This document shows positions 59,088-64,000 of a stretch of 64,000 nucleotides of DNA, in pieces; position 1 is the stretch's first letter; every line of letters begins with the position of its first letter. Source of the DNA: Clostridia bacterium (GTDB taxonomy: Bacteria; Bacillota; Clostridia; UMGS1883); assembly GCA_017466275.1 (NCBI GenBank), contig JAFTUL010000053.1, forward strand, positions 6,163 through 70,162, written 5' to 3'. The position numbers and the translations under genes were made by a program. The notes beneath the pieces were generated by a model. It was given only the letters and a program-made list of their open reading frames with translations. It made no database searches and was not told the origin of the DNA.

Positions 59088-59330
59088 CTATTTAATTTCC
59101 TGCTCCAGTTTTCTGAATTCTGCAGTATCAAAAAATTCTGTTATCGAAATGCCTAACCCGTCACAAAGCATTTTTATTGTTACAACACCGGGATTCTGGC
59201 TTTTTCCGTAAAGTATATTTTTTAAGGTAGAGGCAGGAATCCCCGATTTTGTAGCCAACTTATTGATTGTAATATTATACTCTTTACATAAAGATAATAT
59301 TCGATTTTTCACAACTGCATAAGTGTCCAT
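59088..59330 (-). CDS. XRE-family helix-turn-helix regulator
   Basis: 80 aa. HTH motif ITINKLATKSGIPASTLKNILYGKSQNP. Confidence 0.8.
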   Translation of the reverse strand: MDTYAVVKNRILSLCKEYNITINKLATKSGIPASTLKNILYGKSQNPGVVTIKMLCDGLGISITEFFDTAEFRKLEQEIK

Positions 59331-59376
59331 AAAGTCACCTCAAAAATAATTATAGGCTAATTATAGCTTATTTTTC

Positions 59377-59405
59377 TTGACAAAGTAGGCTATATATGAT
59401 ACTAT
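59377..59405 (+). promoter_or_regulatory. Predicted promoter P1, divergent from the XRE gene
   Basis: TTGACA, 17 nt, TACTAT. Confidence 0.5.
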
Positions 59406-59411
59406 ATTTGT

Positions 59412-59478
59412 GAGGATGTTGCCACACAAACTTATAAAAAAGGATGAGGAATCAATTTGAGATTTCGCATCCTTTTTT
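59412..59478 (+). ncRNA. Candidate short transcript (about 65 nt) from P1 to a terminator
   Basis: Starts near the 18-nt motif TGTTGCCACACAAACTTA (59417-59434). Ends at the hairpin AAAAAGGATG...CATCCTTTTTT (59436-59478). Confidence 0.3.
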
Positions 59479-59550
59479 ACTTTTGACATAAAAACCTTGA
59501 TTATATATACCTTTTATGCTAAAATTATACGGTATTTTTAAAATAAAAGC

Positions 59551-59579
59551 TTGACTTTATCGCTTTACCGTGGTAAAAT
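59551..59579 (+). promoter_or_regulatory. Predicted his-operon promoter P2
   Basis: TTGACT, 17 nt, TAAAAT. Confidence 0.55.
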
Positions 59580-59586
59580 GCTAAAG

Positions 59587-59887
59587 TAAAAATAAAAGCA
59601 CACGGAAGTCTAACCCCATATGGTTTTAAGATGCCAATTTGGGTTAATACGGCAGAAAATCCCTTGAAAATACCATCGTATTTCCTGCGAGATTTTACTT
59701 GTCTTAACCCAAAATTGTCTGTCTTAAAACTCTTCGACCTTAAATGTATAAAATTTAGTGCAATTTTTATGCGGAGGACGAAGATAGGCGGTTGCCTTTC
59801 AAGGACGACAAATGAAAAGTGTGCAAATTTTAAAATTTAAGGCATATGGGGATAGGCTTCCGTGTGCTTGATAAGGAATGAACCGAA
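59587..59887 (+). promoter_or_regulatory. Approx. 300-nt highly structured 5' leader of hisZGDC (unclassified RNA element)
   Basis: A 27-nt long-range helix, 59596-59622 with 59843-59869 (25 Watson-Crick pairs, 1 G-U, 1 mismatch), encloses nested helices at 59623-59631/59722-59730, 59634-59647/59704-59717, 59738-59745/59835-59842 and 59749-59756/59825-59832. Confidence 0.55.
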
Positions 59888-61006
59888 ATGACACTGAATG
59901 ACAACATATTAAAAACCGAAGAAAGGATTACCTTTGCTCTTCGTAGCCTTTATCACGAAAGCGGATACACCCCCTTTAAAATGAGCAGATTCGAGGAGTA
60001 CGATATGTATGTCCGCAACAAGAATTTTGTAGGCAGCGGAAATATCGTTACATTTACAGACCTTGGCGGCAGGCTTCTTGCCCTAAAGCCTGACGTAACC
60101 CTTTCCATTATAAAAAATTACAAGCCAGCACAGGGTAGTGTCAGCAAGGTTTACTATAACGAGAATGTCTACCGTCCCGACAAGGCAACCCACGAAATCA
60201 AGGAAATTATGCAGTCAGGTATCGAGTGTATGGGTGATATTACCGAGCTTGACCAGTGCGAGGTTATTGCACTCGCTATAAAGAGTCTTGAAACGGTAAG
60301 CCCCAACTATATTCTGGATATTTCTTCCGTAGGTATTGTCAAGGGGCTTCTCAGTGCCGCAGGAGTAGAGGGTAGCGTGGAAAAAAGCATAATATCTCTC
60401 CTTTGCGACAAAAACAGCTTTGCCCTCCGTACTCTTTGCGAGGAAAACGGAATAGGAAGTGCCATAACAGATATTGCTGTAAGCCTTTGTGAAATTTCGG
60501 GCAAGGCAACCGAGGTCATTGATTCCATTGAAAAGCTTTGCATAAACCGTGAAATGATGGATTCCGCCGCAGAGCTTAAGTCAATTGTAAAAGCTCTTGC
60601 AGATTGCAACTTGGCGGACAATCTCTATATAGATTTTTCAATTATTGGTGATACAAAATACTACAATGGTGTTGTTTTCCGCGGTTATGTGGATAAGCTT
60701 CCCAAGAGTATTCTTGCAGGTGGCAGATACGACAATCTTCTCCGCGGAATGGGAAAGACGGGCGGTGCAATCGGCTTTGCAGTATATTCGGATATGCTTG
60801 AAAGAATTGACAGCACGAATAAAGAGTACGATTGCGATGTACTTCTTGTATATGAAGAAACTACTGATTTTTCAGATGTAAAAAAAGTAGCAGACGAGCT
60901 TAAGAAAAGCGGAAAAACAGTAAATGTACAGAAAAAGGATGCAGGAGTTATCCGTTACAAGGAGCTTCTCAAGGTTATGAAAGGTGGCGAAACCGTAAAT
61001 GGATAA
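59888..61006 (+). CDS. hisZ: ATP phosphoribosyltransferase regulatory subunit HisZ
   Basis: 372-aa HisRS paralogue (class II core motifs, no anticodon-binding function expected). Immediately precedes a short-form hisG. Confidence 0.85.
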   Translation: MTLNDNILKTEERITFALRSLYHESGYTPFKMSRFEEYDMYVRNKNFVGSGNIVTFTDLGGRLLALKPDVTLSIIKNYKPAQGSVSKVYYNENVYRPDKATHEIKEIMQSGIECMGDITELDQCEVIALAIKSLETVSPNYILDISSVGIVKGLLSAAGVEGSVEKSIISLLCDKNSFALRTLCEENGIGSAITDIAVSLCEISGKATEVIDSIEKLCINREMMDSAAELKSIVKALADCNLADNLYIDFSIIGDTKYYNGVVFRGYVDKLPKSILAGGRYDNLLRGMGKTGGAIGFAVYSDMLERIDSTNKEYDCDVLLVYEETTDFSDVKKVADELKKSGKTVNVQKKDAGVIRYKELLKVMKGGETVNG

Positions 61007-61646
61007 GCTTTTGAATATTGCACTTCCCAAGGGAAGACTCGGCGAAAAGGTTTATGACATATTTGAAAAGGCAGGCTACGGTTGTCCCTCCATTCACGAA
61101 AATAACCGCAAGCTCATTTTTGAAAATGAAGAAACAGGCATAAGATATTTCTGGGTAAAGCCCTCTGATGTTGCCATCTATGTAGAGCGTGGTGCGGCGG
61201 ATATTGGCGTTGCAGGAAAGGATATTCTTCTAGAGTACAGCCCCGATGTGTACGAGCTTTGCGATTTGCAGATGGGTAAATGCCGTATGGCAGTTGCCGC
61301 AAAGGATGACTTTTTCGACAATCCCGAGAGAACACTTCGTGTTGCAACAAAATTCCCTAATATAACCAAGAAATATTACAGTACATTAAGCCGTGAAATT
61401 GACATCATCAAGCTTAACGGCTCAATCGAGATTGCCCCTATCCTTGGGCTTTCCGATGTTATTGTGGATATTGTGGAAACGGGAACAACCTTAAAGGAGA
61501 ACAACCTCCGCCCATATGAAACAATTGTTCCCATCAGTGCGCGACTTATTTCCAACAAGGTCAGCTATAAGTTTAAAAACGATGTAATAGGCAAAATTGC
61601 AAATGCCATTGAGGGATACGTTTCCGAAAAGGAGAACAACAAATGA
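60999..61646 (+). CDS. hisG: ATP phosphoribosyltransferase, short form
   Basis: 215 aa. LNIALPKGRL and DIVETGTTLKEN motifs. Lacks the C-terminal regulatory domain, consistent with HisZ dependence. Confidence 0.92.
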   Translation: MDKLLNIALPKGRLGEKVYDIFEKAGYGCPSIHENNRKLIFENEETGIRYFWVKPSDVAIYVERGAADIGVAGKDILLEYSPDVYELCDLQMGKCRMAVAAKDDFFDNPERTLRVATKFPNITKKYYSTLSREIDIIKLNGSIEIAPILGLSDVIVDIVETGTTLKENNLRPYETIVPISARLISNKVSYKFKNDVIGKIANAIEGYVSEKENNK

Positions 61647-62935
61647 TTAAAATATATAATTATGAAGAAATCAGCATAGATGAAATATTTGCCCGTGATA
61701 TTGAAGATACCTCTTCAATCGAGAAAACCGTTTCGGAAATTATTGATAATGTAAAGAAAAACGGCGACAAAGCCCTTTTTGAATATGCCGACAAGTTTGA
61801 TGGCGGTGCTCCCGACAGCCTTCTTGTATCCGAGGAAGAATATGAAGAGGCTATGAAAGAGGTTTCTCCTGAACTTATAGAAATCCTCAAAAAAGCGGCA
61901 GTAAATATTGAGAATTATCACAAGCGTCAGGTACGACAGAGCTTTATCATAAGCGAAAACGAGGGCGTAGTGGTGGGTCAGAAGATTATCCCTATTGAAA
62001 AGGCAGGTCTTTATGTTCCCGGAGGCACTGCGGCATATCCGTCAAGCGTACTTATGAACTGTATCCCTGCAAAAATAGCAGGCTGCAGCGAAATCGTAAT
62101 TACAACACCTGCCAAGGGCGGTAAGGTTAACCCAGTAATTCTTGTAGCGGCAAAAATCGGTGGGGTAAGTAAAGTCTTTAAAACAGGCGGTGCACAGGCT
62201 ATTGCGGCACTTGCCTATGGAACGGAAACAATACCCAAGGTTGACAAAATTGTAGGACCAGGCAACGCCTTTGTTGCCGAGGCGAAGAAGCAGGTTTTCG
62301 GCAAGGTTTCAATAGATATGATAGCAGGTCCCAGCGAAATTTTAGTTATCGCTGACGGAAAGAGCAACCCCGTATTTGTTGCGGCAGACCTGCTTTCTCA
62401 GGCGGAACACGACAAGATGGCAAGTGCAGTTTTAGTTACTGAAAGCCGCGAGCTTGCAGAAAAAGTTTCGGCAGAGCTTGAAAGACAGATTCCTCTTTTA
62501 AGCCGTGCGGAAATTGCCCGCGCATCAATAGACGACAACGGAAAAATCATTATAGTTAAGGATATTGAAACAGCGGTAAATGCGTCCAACGAGATTGCCC
62601 CCGAGCATCTTGAACTTTGTATGGATAATCCCTTTGACTACCTTGACCGCGTAAAGCACGCAGGAAGCATCTTTATGGGAAGATACTGTCCCGAGGCTCT
62701 CGGTGACTATTTTGCAGGTCCTAACCACACCCTTCCCACAAGCGGTACGGCAAGATTTTCAAGTCCCCTTTCCGTAGACGATTTCATCAAGAAAACACAG
62801 TATACATACTATACGGAAAACGCACTTAAAAAGGTAAGTGACGATATTTATAAATTTGCAATGGCAGAGGGTTTGGAAGCCCACGCAAAAAGTGCTGTAA
62901 GCAGATTTAAAGAAAAGGAAAATACCAATGAGTAA
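61643..62935 (+). CDS. hisD: Histidinol dehydrogenase
   Basis: 430 aa. Motifs GGAQAIAALAYGT, AGPSE and QAEHD. Confidence 0.95.
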   Translation: MIKIYNYEEISIDEIFARDIEDTSSIEKTVSEIIDNVKKNGDKALFEYADKFDGGAPDSLLVSEEEYEEAMKEVSPELIEILKKAAVNIENYHKRQVRQSFIISENEGVVVGQKIIPIEKAGLYVPGGTAAYPSSVLMNCIPAKIAGCSEIVITTPAKGGKVNPVILVAAKIGGVSKVFKTGGAQAIAALAYGTETIPKVDKIVGPGNAFVAEAKKQVFGKVSIDMIAGPSEILVIADGKSNPVFVAADLLSQAEHDKMASAVLVTESRELAEKVSAELERQIPLLSRAEIARASIDDNGKIIIVKDIETAVNASNEIAPEHLELCMDNPFDYLDRVKHAGSIFMGRYCPEALGDYFAGPNHTLPTSGTARFSSPLSVDDFIKKTQYTYYTENALKKVSDDIYKFAMAEGLEAHAKSAVSRFKEKENTNE

Positions 62936-63983
62936 ATTTTTCAGTCCAAAACACAGTAAACTTATTCCATATACCCCCGGCGAACAACCAAGGGATATGA
63001 AATACATAAAACTTAATACTAATGAATCACCCTATCCGCCCTCACAAAAGGCGATAGAGGATGCATCAAGGGAGGCGGAGCTTTTAAGGCTCTACCCCGA
63101 CCCAGAATGTACATCTCTCAGGGAAGATATTGCTTCATTCTACGGAGTTAAAAAGGAGAATGTAATTCCCTCCAACGGCTCTGACGAAATACTGAACTTT
63201 GCCTTTATGGCATACGGTGATGACTCTCATCCCTTTGTATTTCCCGACATAACCTACGGCTTTTACAATGTCTTTGCAGAGGTTAATAACATCCCCTACG
63301 AGGAAATTCCTCTTGAAGAGGATTTCACCATTGATTTTGACAAATACTGCGGTATCAATAAAAATATTGTAATCGCAAACCCCAATGCCCCCACGGGTAT
63401 TTTTGCCCCCCTTTCGGAGATTGAAAGGGTAGTTAAATCTAACCCTGACAACATTGTGATAGTTGACGAGGCGTATGTGGATTTCGGTGGAGAAACGGCA
63501 ATTCCCCTTACCAAAAAGTATTCTAACCTTATCGTTGTGCAGACCTTTTCCAAGTCCCGCAGTATGGCAGGGGCAAGGCTTGGCTTCTGCGTTGCGTGTG
63601 AGGAGCTTTGTCAGGACCTTAACACAATCCGTTACAGCGTAAACCCCTACAATATTAACCGTATGACAATGGCGGCAGGAAGTGCGGCGATAAACGACAA
63701 AGAATATTTTGATAAAAATAGATTTGAGATAATAGAAACCCGTGAAAAGGTGGAAAAAGAGCTTACAGCTCTCGGCTTTACGGTGCTTCCGTCAAAGGCG
63801 AACTTCCTCTTTGCAAAAAGTGATAAAATAGGGGGAGAAGAGCTTTATAAAAAGCTCCGTGAAAACGGAATTTTAGTACGCCATTTCACCGCAAAAAGAA
63901 TCTCGGACTTTAACCGAATCACAATCGGCACTCCCGAGGATATGGAAACATTCATAAACACAGTAAAAGGATTGATATTATGA
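62928..63983 (+). CDS. hisC: Histidinol-phosphate aminotransferase
   Basis: 351 aa. KLNTNESPYPPS, DEAYVDF and the PLP-lysine context TFSKSRSMAGARLG. Confidence 0.92.
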   Translation: MSKFFSPKHSKLIPYTPGEQPRDMKYIKLNTNESPYPPSQKAIEDASREAELLRLYPDPECTSLREDIASFYGVKKENVIPSNGSDEILNFAFMAYGDDSHPFVFPDITYGFYNVFAEVNNIPYEEIPLEEDFTIDFDKYCGINKNIVIANPNAPTGIFAPLSEIERVVKSNPDNIVIVDEAYVDFGGETAIPLTKKYSNLIVVQTFSKSRSMAGARLGFCVACEELCQDLNTIRYSVNPYNINRMTMAAGSAAINDKEYFDKNRFEIIETREKVEKELTALGFTVLPSKANFLFAKSDKIGGEELYKKLRENGILVRHFTAKRISDFNRITIGTPEDMETFINTVKGLIL

Positions 63984-64000
63984 GAAATTCTACAATTAAC
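63980..64000 (+). CDS. hisB: Start of the next his gene, probably imidazoleglycerol-phosphate dehydratase (partial)
   Basis: ATGA overlap with hisC. Only MRNSTIN is visible. The call rests on operon context. Confidence 0.35.

Overview
Low-GC Firmicutes chromosome of class Clostridia. The gene content (sigK, dpaAB, nfnAB, queT behind a preQ1-type leader) suggests a spore-forming anaerobe, possibly Oscillospiraceae/Ruminococcaceae-like. The species cannot be named from sequence alone. Most of the window is core housekeeping sequence. In order: dnaK (3' end)-dnaJ-prmA-rsmE-DUF1015; a convergent Lrp-aminotransferase pair; methyltransferase-Nudix-mtaB; NusG-II/Gx-transporter/HD hydrolase; gltX and capA. 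After the accessory block come a tRNA-Lys/Thr/Asp operon, a Cys-rich protein plus PHP histidinol phosphatase, an acyltransferase plus AMP-ligase pair, glyQS, a GCS2-like ligase, sigK, eno, a polysaccharide deacetylase and ychF. These are followed by an OmpR/HK/HtrA module, queT, prfB-secA, rpmE, rny-ymdB-pgeF, a family-5 solute-binding lipoprotein, dpaAB and hisZGDC(B). The accessory block at 14272-31406 (about 17 kb) is phage-derived. It has an S24/XRE repressor with a divergent-promoter operator switch, then three tiny ORFs, TerL, portal, scaffold, an N4-gp56/HK97-type capsid, collagen-like fibres, a connector, unknown structural ORFs, holin and amidase. I can find no integrase, replication genes, small terminase or long-tail genes in it. 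An nfnAB redox cassette with its own promoter and terminator sits in the middle. I read this block as a candidate domesticated particle-producing (PBSX/GTA-like, short-tailed) locus. Other items worth a second look: a 300-nt highly structured non-T-box leader before the his operon, closed by a 27-bp helix; an attenuator-like leader with a 7-codon Phe-rich uORF at 44.1-44.3 kb; an 18-nt motif present three times just downstream of predicted promoters; and a preQ1-like leader of ambiguous class. All calls come from reading the ORF translations and sequence by eye. No database search was run.
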